Shown here in pieces: positions 37,601-49,298 of a DNA stretch of 64,000 bases. The stretch lies in NCBI RefSeq assembly GCF_016432865.1, contig NC_067400.1, forward strand, positions 64,480,001 through 64,544,000, read 5' to 3'. Numbering within the stretch: position 1 is the first letter of the stretch; every line of letters starts with the position of its first letter. Made by a program: the position numbers and the translations under genes. The DNA is from Antechinus flavipes (lineage: Eukaryota). A model generated the notes under the pieces. The model did not search any database and was not told the origin of the DNA. It saw only the letters and a list, made by a program, of their open reading frames with translations.

Positions 37601-40600
37601 ATTTTTTCACGTAAATGGCTTTAATTTCATCATCTGAGAATTGTTTATTCATATCCTTTAACCATTTATCAATTGGAATGACTTGTATTCTTATAAATTT
37701 CACATAGTTCTTTATGTATTTTAGAAATGAGACCTTTATCAGAAATACTGACTATAAAGATTTTATCCCAGCTTTGTACTTCTCTTTTACTCTTGTTTTT
37801 GTTGGTTTTGTTTGTGCAAAACCTTTTTAATTTAATGTAATCAAAGTTGTCCATTTTGCCTTTCATAATGTTCTCTAGTTCTTCTTTGTCATGAATTCCT
37901 CTCTACTCCAAAAATCTAACAGGTAAATTATCCCTTGTTCTCCTAATTTGTTTATGGCATCCTCCTTTATGCCCAAATCATAGATCCATTTTGACCATTT
38001 TTGGTATGGGGTATGAGATGTAGGTCTATTCTAAGTTTCTGATGTATCTTTTTTTCCAGTTTTCCCAGAAACTTTTGTCAAATAGTGAGTTCTTATTTGA
38101 GAAGCTGGAGTTTGGGGTTTTATCAAATGCTAGATTGCTATAGGCCTTGATTATTGTGTCATGTGCTTCTAGTCTATTTCATTGATCCACCACTCTCTAT
38201 TTCTTAGCCAGTACCAAATGCTTTTGATAATTGCTGCTTTATAATATAGTTTTAGGTCAGTACTGCTAAGCCACCAGCCAAGGATGAAACTGTTACTTAT
38301 TTATTATTTGACTGATTTAAAGGGGAAACAAATCTTAGAGATTTTCTGTGGCTTGTGTTCCTTAACATTATCAAGAGTTAATTGTGTTTGTTTCTTGAAG
38401 AGAAGAGAGATGACAGAGTGACTTATGTGTGCTGGCAGTTTAGCTCTTGTTGTCTCTCTGCCCATTGTCCTTTGACTCTGAGTGCTGTCCCCTGTCTCCA
38501 CCTCCCTCTGAGCTGCTCCTGATGCTCTCTGTCTCTCTTCCCCTCACAGGAGATGTGGCTGCTGGCTCTGAGTCCTTGTTCAAGACTCACATGTGCCCAG
38601 AATGCAAGCGTTGCTTCAAGAAGCGGACGCATCTGGTGGAGCATCTCCACCTGCACTTCCCAGATCCCAGCCTCCAGTGTCCCAACTGCCAGAAGTTCTT
38701 CACCAGTAAGAGCAAGCTCAAAATTCACTTGCTTCGAGAGCTAGGTGAGAAGGCTCACCGCTGTCCCCTGTGCCACTACCGGGCCGTGGAGAAGAACGCG
38801 CTGAACCGGCACATGGCGAGCATGCATGAGGACATCTCTAACTTCTACTCAGATGTGTATGCGTGCCCGGTGTGCCGTGAGGAGTTCCGCCTCAGCCAGG
38901 CTCTCAAGGAGCACCTGAAGAGCCATGCCGCCGAGCCCACCCGCCTCCACTGCTTCCAGGAAGGCTGCAGCCATGCTGCCCCCGACCGCAAGGCCTTCAT
39001 CCGGCACCTCAAGGAGGCCCATGGGGTGCGGGCTGTGGAGTGCCGCCATCACGCCTGCCCCATGCTCTTTGCCACGGCTGAAGCCATGGAGGCTCACCGT
39101 AAAAGCCACTACGCATTCCACTGCCCACACTGCGACTTTGCCTGCTCCAACAAGCACTTATTTCGCAAGCATAAGAAGCAGGGACACCCTGGCAGTGAGG
39201 AACTGCGCTGTGCATTCTGCCCCTTCGCTACCTTCAACCCTGTGGCCTACCAAGACCATGTGGGCAAGATGCATGCCCATGAGAAGATCCACCAGTGTCC
39301 TGAGTGCAATTTTGCTACTGCTCACAAGAGAGTGCTCATCCGCCACACGCTGTTGCATACTGGTGAGACCCCCTCCTCCTCCCTGATCTCCTCAACCGAT
39401 TTTAGGGTCCTTTTCTCCTAAGCACTTGGAGAAGGGAATGGTGGAGAAGATCCTATCCATTCAGGTCATCAAAGGTTGCTGAAAGAGGATGCAAATAAGA
39501 TGTTAGTGACCTGGGAGCTGTGGTTCTTTCTCACTGTCAGACTCTGGCCTGCGAGTGGCAGTTCCCAGGAATGCCCAGTCTCTTAGCCAGCCCTGGAGAA
39601 AACACAAATCCGCATTTGAGCTTTGTTAAAAAAAGTGACAAACATAGTCTAAAAATATAGTATTTGGGGGCAGCTAGGTGGCACAATTAGATGGAGCACC
39701 AGCCCTGAAGTCAGGAGAACCTGAGTTAATTCTGGTCTCAGACACTTAGTACTTCCTGGCTGTGTGACCTTGGGCAATCACTTAACCCCAATTTTCTCAG
39801 CCAAAAAAAAAACAAAACAAAACAGTATTTGCCTAGGGGTGGGGGTGCAAGAAAGGGAGAGAGAAAAACTTGGAACATTAGGTTTTGTAAGGGTGATAAT
39901 TGAAAACTACCTTTGCATGTATTTTGAAAATAAAAAGCTATTATTAAAAAAGAAAGAAAGAAGGAAAAGCCTGGAGGGAGAAAAGCATTGCTGATAGGGG
40001 AATCCAGGAAAGCTTCCTAGAAGAGGTGAACTTTAAGTTTGTCATTAAGGTACAATCTACTGAACCATGTTCCTTCCTACTACCATATTTTGAAAAAAAA
40101 TTAAATTTTCTTCACTATTCACATGCCCAGGAGAAGTACAACAGCTAGTTTTACAGCTCTTAGGTATGTCAGAGAATGAGATCATTTATGGCAAGGGCAG
40201 TTGAATCAGTAAACAATGTCATTTACCAAGTGAATTTACCAAGTGAAAAAAGAAAGGGAGCACAGGAAGTTTTATGCATAAGGGCAATGCAGTCAAGGAA
40301 AATTCAAATGACTGTGCTGCAAACTTTACAATGTTTTGCAAACATCAGTAATCATCAATCCATGTTAGCCAAAGGGAGATATCATCAGAGTGAATAATAT
40401 TAAGAAAGTTTTCAAAGGTAGGGAGGCTTTAGAGCATAAAGGACCTTTGAATATTTCTCATGTAGTTAGGAGCTACAAAAAATTGAGTAAAAGAATGATG
40501 TGGTCATATATGTGCACAAAGAGTATAATTCCAATGATGATAGGATTGAAGGATGGGAGAGAGAAGTGAGAACAGTCACAAAGTACAATAAATTGTACTG

Positions 40601-43600
40601 TGAAAAAGCACAAGTAATAGAGACAAACAAAAAATTCCCTTATCATTAGTCTTGGTTTTTCTTTATAATTCATATATTATTACTTGTAGTAGGAAAGCTT
40701 AATTTGAAAGAAGTCTGCTTTTGCACAGTATTCCATGATTGAGAATTATCTTTAAAATTACTTATTTTGATTACTGAGGAAGATCATTTCTATTTTTTTT
40801 TTTTTTTTTTTTTTTGTGCTGAGGCAATTGAGTTAAGTGACTTGCCCAGGGTCACACAGCTAGGAAGTGTTAAGTGTCTAAGACCAGATTTGAACTCAGG
40901 TCCTCCTGACTTTAGGGCTGGTGCTCTATCTACTGCACCACCTAGCTGCCCCCATTTCTATTCTTTAGAAACTTTTAAATCAAATCTGGGAAAGTTTGTG
41001 GCTCATTACATTAGGCCATTAAAATTTATTTATGACTATCCAGAGGACTGAACAAAACAAGTACAATAGATTCACATTCATTACTAATGAACCGTCATTT
41101 AAGAGAGACAAGCTACCAGTATGCTATATCATTTACATTTTCCATAATGTTTCTTTTTTTATAGCAAACTTGATAATTATAAGAAAATGAATATTTCCCT
41201 TTACAAAAAAAGAATGTATATGAAACCATGATTCTCTATTATATATACCTTGTCTTTTTAAAACTAGATATTAAATGAACTACAATTTAGTACCTAAAAC
41301 CACAGTATTTGAAAGGGCAGCTTTATGGTACCAGTGCACCGATCCTGAAGTCAGGAGGACCTGAGTTCAAATCCAGCCTTACACACTTAACAATTCCTAA
41401 CTGTGTTAGCTAGCTCAAACAAGGATTTGTGTTTTCCCCTGAGCTGGCTATTTCTGAGAGCTGCCACCTTTAGGACCTTGGGGGAAAAAAAACACTTAAC
41501 CCTGACAAGCTGTATGACACTGGGCAAGTCACTTAAGCACAATTGTCTCTCAAAAAGAAAAAAAGAGAGAGAAAAATGCAGTATTTGGGAAACTTAAATT
41601 TATTAGCTATCCCCCAAAACCCTTCACTTGTAAAATCTCCTATTTCCAAGACTTTTACTAATAGGCCCAGGGTCTTAGAGGTGGTGTTGATTTATCTCCT
41701 TTGCTTCTGCATTCAGCCCTCCTTCCTGAAGAATCGATGAGTTTGAGATTCTGACCTGTTCCAGAAGTTAGCAGAGTGCTTGCTGTCTAAGTGTAAAAGA
41801 CATTGAACAGAAGGCCCTCGAGCCAATTCAGATGATCTCACTTGTATTCTCTTCCCTTTTCTTTTGGCTCCTTTGCCTCGGTCATGCTCGTCTCTGTTAG
41901 ATTGTGGGGTTCTGCGGGTCTCTGAAAATAGCCCACAGGAGTTGGAAAAGAGGGTGGCTACAATCCCAATGCTGGGAGATGTGACTGTCGGAGGCCTCGA
42001 GCTCTCTCTGGGACACCACGGGGCCCCGGGACTCCGGCCCAGTGTGGCAGTGGGGGCGGGGGAAGCTGCACCTGAGCAGGGAGGGACAGGCCGAGGACAG
42101 CATGCTGTCCTTTCTCACCCTTGCTTTCTGCCCCTTTTCCCTTTTTTCCCAAGGAGAGAAACCTCACAAGTGTGAGCTGTGTGACTTCACCTGCCGAGAT
42201 GTGAGCTACCTCTCCAAACACATGCTGACCCACTCCAACACCAAGGACTACATGTGCACCGAGTGTGGCTATGTCACCAAGTGGAAACACTACCTCAGTG
42301 TGCACATGCGCAAGCACGCCGGTGACCTCAGGTAGGCCCCCGCTTTCCCCTCTGTGGTCTCAGCCCTGGGCCACGCTCTGGCCCGCTCGGGCTCTCGGGC
42401 TTCTCCAGCTGCTCCGTGCGTGAGAGCCAAGTTACAGTATGGGATCCTCTCGTCCTTCCTGAGCCTCGGTCAGGAGATGCTGCTCAGCACCTGGGCCCTC
42501 NNNNNNNNNNNNNNNNNNNNNNNNNNNNNNNNNNNNNNNNNNNNNNNNNNNNNNNNNNNNNNNNNNNNNNNNNNNNNNNNNNNNNNNNNNNNNNNNNNNN
42601 NNNNNNNNNNNNNNNNNNNNNNNNNNNNNNNNNNNNNNNNNNNNNNNNNNNNNNNNNNNNNNNNNNNNNNNNNNNNNNNNNNNNNNNNNNNNNNNNNNNN
42701 NNNNNNNNNNNAGACTAAGCAGAGGCCCCACACAGACCCTGGGCTTTGGCATAATGGGGTCTGGACCGTGAGCGGGTCAGGGAGCTGTCCCTCCCTTCTC
42801 CCTTCTTCCTCCCCAGGTACCAGTGCAATCAGTGTTCCTACCGCTGCCACCGGGCTGACCAACTGAGCAGTCACAAGCTGCGCCACCAGGGCAAGTCCCT
42901 CATGTGCGAAGTGTGTGCGTTTGCCTGCAAACGCAAATATGAGCTGCAGAAGCACATGGCCTCGCAGCACCGCCCGGGCGCGCCAGCCCCCCTGTACCCC
43001 TGCCGCTACTGCAGCTACCAGAGCCGCCACAAGCAGGCCCTGCTGAGCCACGAGAACTGCAAGCACACCCGCTTACGAGAGTTCCGCTGTGCCCTCTGCG
43101 ACTACCGCACTTTCAGCAACACCACGCTTTTCTTCCATAAGCGCAAGGCCCACGGCTACGTGCCAGGGGACCAGGCTTGGCCGCACCGGTGCGCCGGCCA
43201 AGAGCAGGAGGCTGCTGAGCAAGGCCCAGCTGCCCTGCCCGCCCCGGAGGCCCCAAGCCAGCCCTCCCCCCGGGAGGAGGCGCAGTGCCCGCAGCCTGCA
43301 ACGTCCGTCAAGCCCAGCTTGGGCCGGGCATTGTCCCCGATTTGCGTGGAGAAGGGAGAAGGAAAAGAAGGCGAGCCCAGTGCCCCCCATGGGGATAACT
43401 TTGTGGGGCAGTCTCCCAGCCCTGCAGAGGTGGACGAGGAAGGCTGCACCTTGCACCTGGAGGCACTAAGCGTCGAGTTGGAGCCCGCTGCTGCGCCTGC
43501 CCCCAGTGAAATTACAGAGACTCCCCATATGGAATATGGGGATTTGGGCACATCCGAAGCCTTGGGCTCAGAGGAGCCAGATGGCCCATTGGAGGGTCTG

Positions 43601-46600
43601 CCTGACTTTGAGGAAGAGCCAGATCTCCAGAATGGTGGTCATTCTGGCCTGGGGGCTGGAGGGGCACCTCTGCTAGAGATGCCAGCTCCTGATTCTCTTA
43701 GAAATCCCTCATCCTCAGATGACCCCTCTGAGAACTTCAAGGAGCCCTTTGAGCCACTTGTATCCCCTGGGGTGCCAGCCCCATCCCAGATCCCACAGTC
43801 AGAATCGGTGCTTAAAGCGCTAAGAAAACGGGACAAAGAACAGGCAGAGACTCTGGTGCTGGAGGGACGGGTGCAGATGCTGGTGGTCCAGGGAGAGGGA
43901 CAGGCCTTCCGCTGTCCGCACTGCCCTTTTGTCACCCGTCGGGAAAAGGCTCTGGGACTCCACGCCAAGATGGGGTGTCAGGGCCGCCGGGAACCGCTCC
44001 TCTGTTCCGAATGTGGGGCCAGCTTCAAGCAGCAGCGTGGGCTCAACACCCACCTCCTCAAGAAGTGCCCCGTCCTGCTCAAAAAGAAGAAGCCTGCGCT
44101 CCAACCCAGTTCCCCTGCCCTTGCGGACCCTCGGCCTGCCATCCCTGTGGCCTTGGAGAGCGTAACCGAGGAGCTGGCTGGCCCTGCCGCCTGGGCTGTG
44201 GCTTCCGCTGAGCCCCCCGTGTCGCCCCCGTCAGACTCGCCAGCCCCGGCACAGGAATGTCTCACAGCCCAGGGCTCCCCTGAGAAGTTCCACTTTGAGC
44301 AGGGCAAGTTCCATTGCCGGGCTTGCCCATTCCTCTGTTCCCGGCTCTCATCCATTACTTCCCACGTCACCGAGGGTTGCCGGAGCCAAAGCTGGGGCAG
44401 CAAGCGCACCGTCTGTCAAACCGAGCCCAGCCCCAGCAGTGAGGAAAGGAGCACGCCAGAGAGTGAGCAGGGCGGGCCGGGCCTGGCCCGGGAGGACTGT
44501 GCCCAGGACCCCCAGAAGGGGCCCCGCTTCTCCTGCCCCACCTGCCCTTTCAGCTGCAGGCAGGAGCGGGCGCTGAGGACGCACCAGGCCCGGGGCTGCC
44601 CCTGCACGGACCCCACGGAGCTGCGCTGCAGCCTCTGCCCCTTCACTGCGCGAGCCCCGGCCGCTCTGCGGCTCCACCAGAAGCGGCGACACCGGTCGGT
44701 CCCTGTGCCCGCCCCCGCCCGCGGTCCCCGCCCCCTCTTGCAGTGTCAGGATTGCAGCTTTACCTGCAAGCAGAGCCGGTGCCTACAGCAGCACCGGCGG
44801 CTGAAGCACGAAGGGGTGAAGCCCCACCAGTGCCCCTTCTGCGAGTTCTCCACCACGCGGCGCTACCGCCTGGAAGCGCACCAGTCTCGGCACACGGGAG
44901 TGGGCCGCATCCCCTGCGGCTCCTGCCCCCAGACTTTTGGCACCAACTCCAAGCTGCGCCTGCACAGGCTCAGGGTCCACGACAAGACGCCCACCCACTT
45001 TTGCCCCCTCTGCGACTACAGCGGCTACTTGCAGCACGACATCACCCGCCACATTAACAGCTGCCACCAGGGCACGCCGGCCTTTGCCTGTCCGCAGTGC
45101 GAAGCCCACTTCAGCTCGGAGACGGCGCTGAAGCAGCACGCCCTGCGGCGACACCCGGAGCCCGCGCCTCTGGCCCCGGGCTCCCCGGCCCAGGCCCCGG
45201 AGGGCCCCCTGCACTGTCCTCACTGCGGCCTCTCGTGCCCCAGCCCCGCCAGCCTGCGGTGCCACACGCGCAAACAGCACCCCCGGCTGGAGTGCAGCGC
45301 CTGCCAGGAGGCCTTCTCCAGCCGGGGGGCCCTGGAGGAGCATCGGCGGCAGCAGCACTTCAGCCACCGCTGCCACCTGTGCAGCTTCGCGGCTCGGGAG
45401 CGGGCGGGGCTCGTGAGACACTACCTGGAGCAGCACGAGGGCGGCGGGGCGGCCGGGGACGGGGCGGCCGAGGGGCCCCCCCTGCGCTGCCCCTTCTGTG
45501 ACTTTGGCTGCCGCCACCAGCTGGTCCTAGACCACCACGTGAAGGGGCACGGGGGGACGCGGCTGTACAAGTGCACCGACTGCGCGTACAGCACCAAGAA
45601 CAGGCAGAAGATCACGTGGCACAGCCGCATCCACACCGGGGAAAAGCCGTACCGCTGCCATCTCTGCCCCTACGCCTGCGCCGACCCCTCCCGCCTCAAG
45701 GTGAGCGGTTGGGACCGCGGCCCCCTGGCAGTCAGGGCCAAGGGGGAGGGCGGGGAGGTTACAGGTGGGAGCGGAATGACCGGATCAGAAAAATATGGAG
45801 GGGGGTGCCCCACGGCTACTGGCCGGCTGAAGGGGCGGGCTGAGAGCGGAGACTCCTTATCCTGGATCCCAGCCAGACCCAAAAGGCTCCTCTGTACAAG
45901 AGTGAGGGTGGGCTCACTGTGGACCTCCAGAGTCTGACTCCTAATCAGATACGGGGTAGACAGGGTGCAGTAAAGAACTGAATGGAAAAGCAGCGTTTCC
46001 CTGTCCTGCCTGACTCGCCAGGGAAGGGGAGGGGCCGTTGGCTGCACCTCATGCATTCTGTGCTGCTTCCCTCCCCATCTCTAGTACCACATGCGGATCC
46101 ACAAAGAGGAGCGGAAGTATCTGTGTCCCGAGTGTGGCTACAAATGCAAGTGGGTAAACCAGCTCAAATATCACATGACTAAGCACACAGGTGAGTCTGC
46201 GTTGGGGGGAGGGGGCAATAAAGGGCCCCGGTTATTTGGCCTCGCTGAGGCAGCCGATGTAGGGACTGGGCTGGGGGGACGGACATGAAGTGAAAAGGCA
46301 AAATTCTTATTTCAGGAAGTGTCTCTCCCCCAGAAAGAATATAAGCACTTTGAGAGCAGAGATGGTTTTATTTTTTAACCTTTGTATTTCCAGTTCCTAG
46401 CACATAGTAGGTACTTATTGATCAGTTGGTTCCCTACAGGCAGATGGCTATTTGCCCAGCATGGCATTCTTAGACAAATCAGGATTTTGTCATTCTTTCC
46501 CCCCAATCCCTTCTTCCCAGCCATCTTCTTTTACCTATCATTCTCTTGAGTTAGACTAAGGTTTATTATTTGTTTTTGAAAAATGAGACTGGAGTCTCTC

Positions 46601-47699
46601 AACAAATGGTGAGTTCCTTGGCTGCTTCTCTCCTCAGCCTTTTTGGAACCCTCCCCATAGCTGTTGCTTCTTCCCATCCTGAGGGTGGCAATGCAATTGT
46701 CAGTGATGTGTATTTAATGTCCTTGAGAAAGGCGTGAAGTAAGAGCAGATGTGGGCCCTGTCTTTGAGGGATTTATGGCCTAATGGGGAGAAATACTAAG
46801 AAATGCCCAGAATAGGTCTAAGTGGTGGAATGATGTGGGTGGTCAGAGGTGGCGCGTCAGGCTTTGAAAGCTTCCTAAAGAGAGGAAAAGTGACACGCAT
46901 GTAAGCTCTGAGCAAGGCTCTTCTCCCCTCGTTTGGAGAACTCTCCTCTTCCCAGCCCCAGCTCCTGGCTTCACCTCCCAACTGTTCCAGGGAAGGGCTG
47001 CATTCAATAACCAGGTCCAGATTAAGCTGTGAGCCAGAGGCCCGGGACGCCGAAAGCTTAACTAAGTACTGGGGCTAACTCCCAGGCTCAGAACCTTTAG
47101 AGGACGGCCCCTCATGGCTAAAGTGCTCCTCGTGTGCCTGGGATTTAGCTGGGTCCAATACGAGCCACCTGCTTACGATGCTGTTGGCTGGAACCACAGC
47201 CTGGGCACTGAGTCTCCCCTCTCTTTTCTCTCCCCTGGCAGGACTGAAGCCGTACCAGTGTCCCGAGTGTGAGTATTGCACAAACCGAGCAGATGCACTC
47301 CGCGTGCACCAGGAGACTCGGCATCAGGAGGCCCGGGCATTCATGTGTGAGCAGTGTGGCAAGGCCTTCAAGACGAGGTTTCTGCTACGCACCCACCTTC
47401 GGAAACACAGCGAGGACAAGCCTTACGTGTGCAACGTGTGCCACCGCGCCTTCCGCTGGGCTGCCGGCCTGCGGCACCACGCCCTCACCCACACCGACCG
47501 CCACCCCTTCTTCTGCCGCCTCTGCAGCTACAAGGCCAAGCAGAAGTTTCAGGTGGTCAAGCATGTCAGGAGGCACCACCCCGACCAGACTGATCCCAGC
47601 CAGAGCGTGGGCAAAGACCCCACCACCCCCACAGTGCATCTTCATGATGTGCAGCTTGAGGATCCTGTTCCCCTAGCTCCGGCTGCACCTGAAGGCTGA
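31652..47699 (+). CDS. ZNF142: Zinc finger protein 142, multi-C2H2 protein, complete long isoform, 1849 aa
   Basis: MTD...EMDGLCPQLLL...LLVEATATE; ESLFKTHMCPECKRCFKKRTHLVEHLHLH; C-terminus GKDPTTPTVHLHDVQLEDP. Exons 31652-31931, 33307-33909, 34772-34999, 38550-39362, 42154-42331, 42817-45700, 46085-46190, 47242-47699. Total 5550 nt, phases consistent. Confidence 0.97.
32170..32465 (-). mobile_element. L1 3' UTR fragment
   Basis: Close similarity to 36870-37120 (aatatagcatatgttgatttacattcagtctcc...ttgggattgctttggatcac). Confidence 0.7.
35790..35985 (+). mobile_element. MAR1-like SINE (MIR head, RTE-derived tail)
   Basis: ggaagacctgagtttaaat...ggggtcacagagactcagacacagctgaaatgactgaaccacaac. 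Confidence 0.6.
36050..36800 (+). mobile_element. Ancient CR1/L3 LINE 3' fragment
   Basis: tgaatgctgggccaaatctaataac...gaaaaagatctgaggattttagtggactgcaa-like segment...gagatgtttaatgtggagaagaagag...caaaggcagaattgggagaaatgg...ctgaaattctg; heavily decayed. Confidence 0.65.
36830..38270 (-). mobile_element. L1 ORF2 3' half plus 3' UTR, reverse orientation (ZNF142 intron 3)
   Basis: Minus-strand KMFVADLFVVSKNWK; [18 protein letters not shown]; KMDNFDYIKLKRFCT; poly(T) at ~36838-36850. Confidence 0.85.
39666..39817 (+). mobile_element. WSINE1-like SINE
   Basis: ggggcagctaggtggcaca...ccctgaagtcaggagaacctgag...cttaaccccaattttctcagccaaaaaaaaa. Confidence 0.8.
40795..40950 (-). mobile_element. WSINE1-like SINE, reverse orientation, with poly(T)
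   Basis: tttttttttgtgctgaggcaattgagttaagtgacttgcccagggtcacacagctagg...ctatctactgcaccacctagctgcccc. Confidence 0.85.
41315..41570 (+). mobile_element. Composite WSINE1-like SINE interrupted by an ~85-nt insert
   Basis: SINE head (cctgaagtcaggaggacctgagttcaaatcc), unrelated segment 41407-41492, then the SINE resumes at a duplicated acacttaac and ends in an A-rich tail. Confidence 0.6.
42501..42711. other. Assembly gap (211 N) in ZNF142 intron 5
   Basis: Run of N; flanking exon phases are consistent, so no coding exon needs to be hidden in it. Confidence 0.99.
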
Positions 47700-49298
47700 T
47701 TCAGACTTCTCCCAAGTCATGCATCAAGGGGCAAGGGCTTGGACCCGATCTACTGGTACTGAGAGGAGGCGAGGAATTGCTGGGTTTTATCACCTCCTGG
47801 AGGCTGGGCGCCCTCCTGGGACTGTGCATAGGGTACCATGAAATGTATAGCTGGGTAAAAATGACTGATCAGAGTATGACTCTTGTCATACTTGGGGTGT
47901 TTTTAGTGCTCAGGATCCCTAAGATTTCCTGTAGAAATCCCAAATTCAGGGGTTTGGATTTTATTAATTCTTTAAAGGCCTTTTCTTCTTACTTGTCATG
48001 TCTTTCTCTATTCCATCATCGTGAAGATATCTTTATTAAGCATCTAATGGCATATACTTTGTACAAAGCAACTTAAACAGGATGTGATCTCTAACTTTGG
48101 ATTCATGGCTGTCTTTTTTTTTTCTTAACATATCTTAACCAAGCTGGCACTTTATGCTGCTCTTCCTTCTCACACAGTTCTCTGAACCCTTTCCTACCCC
48201 ATTAAAACATAGGAGTTTAGTGTCAGATACAAACTGATGCAAGCCTTGACTCATGTCCTTGTGCCTGATCCCTGTCTCCCTGCTTTACTCATGTCCTTCA
48301 CCCTAGCTCTGAGAAAGACTTGGCTAAAGCGGGTTTTAGCAAGCGGGGGAGTCTCCTGCAGATAAACAGTTGTATTTCCTCTGGAATCCCGAGCCCTGAG
48401 ACATGCCCAGAAGCTGACCAGCAGATTTTAGGAGCTGAAGGGCAAAAGACCCTGCAGGGGAAAAAGGGCTCTGAAGGTCATGGCCCGTCCAGGGTCTTCC
48501 TCCATGCTCCAGGAGCCTTAGGTGAAATCTAGCTTCAGGCCTTTGCCTCATTCTTTCTTCCTCCTCCTTTGGGGTCATCCACCCGATCAGGGTGCTTTCC
48601 TACTTCTTGCTCAGCATCTTTGTTTCCTTTGTCTTACCTTCTCTCCCCATCTCCCAGCAAAGTTGGACCCTGCCCTTCTTCACTGCTGGGGCCCTTTTCT
48701 ACCTTTTTCTTCTCTTCCTATCCTACTCCAAAACAAGGATGAGCTGCATCCTAGACTGATTTGGGGGAGAGGGAGGGGAAGAAGGGAGCAGAGAGCCGTA
48801 TTTGGTACAGAAAGGCCTCAGAAGGTCTAAGAGAGGCCTAAAGGTTCCTCTTCAGAAGTAAGACATAGTGCTGTCTCACAGCCTCTGACTCCCCAGGGTC
48901 CCAGCTGCTTCTCTTCCTTAGCACCATCCTTATGGCAAGGGATGCAGAGCCCTGCCTCAAAAATCCAGGGACTCCTCTGGCCTCCTCTTCCTCTCTGAGC
49001 TGCAGCAGCCTTTGTCCCAGGGTGAGAGCGAGAATCTTAGAACTGGACCAGGGTGGAGACTACAACAAAAGGAGCAGCTTCCAGGGAGAACAAGAAGAGG
49101 ATGGGGATTCTGGTGATGTGACAGGAAACAGGAAAGATGCAAAAGGCCCGAGGAAGCCGAGACCTAGAAGGAGAGGGTGAGTGATGAGACCTCCTTCTCC
49201 AGAGCTGGGCAAGGCTTGGAGAAAGGCCATCCGCACCCCACAGCCTTCCCTGCTACCTCTTACTGCTCCCTACCCGGAGTCCTGCTGGCGCCTCTCCC

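Noticed and set aside
42470-45843. Antisense and alternative-frame ORFs over the large ZNF142 exon
   Set aside because: Expected from high GC3 coding sequence; no independent homology recognised.
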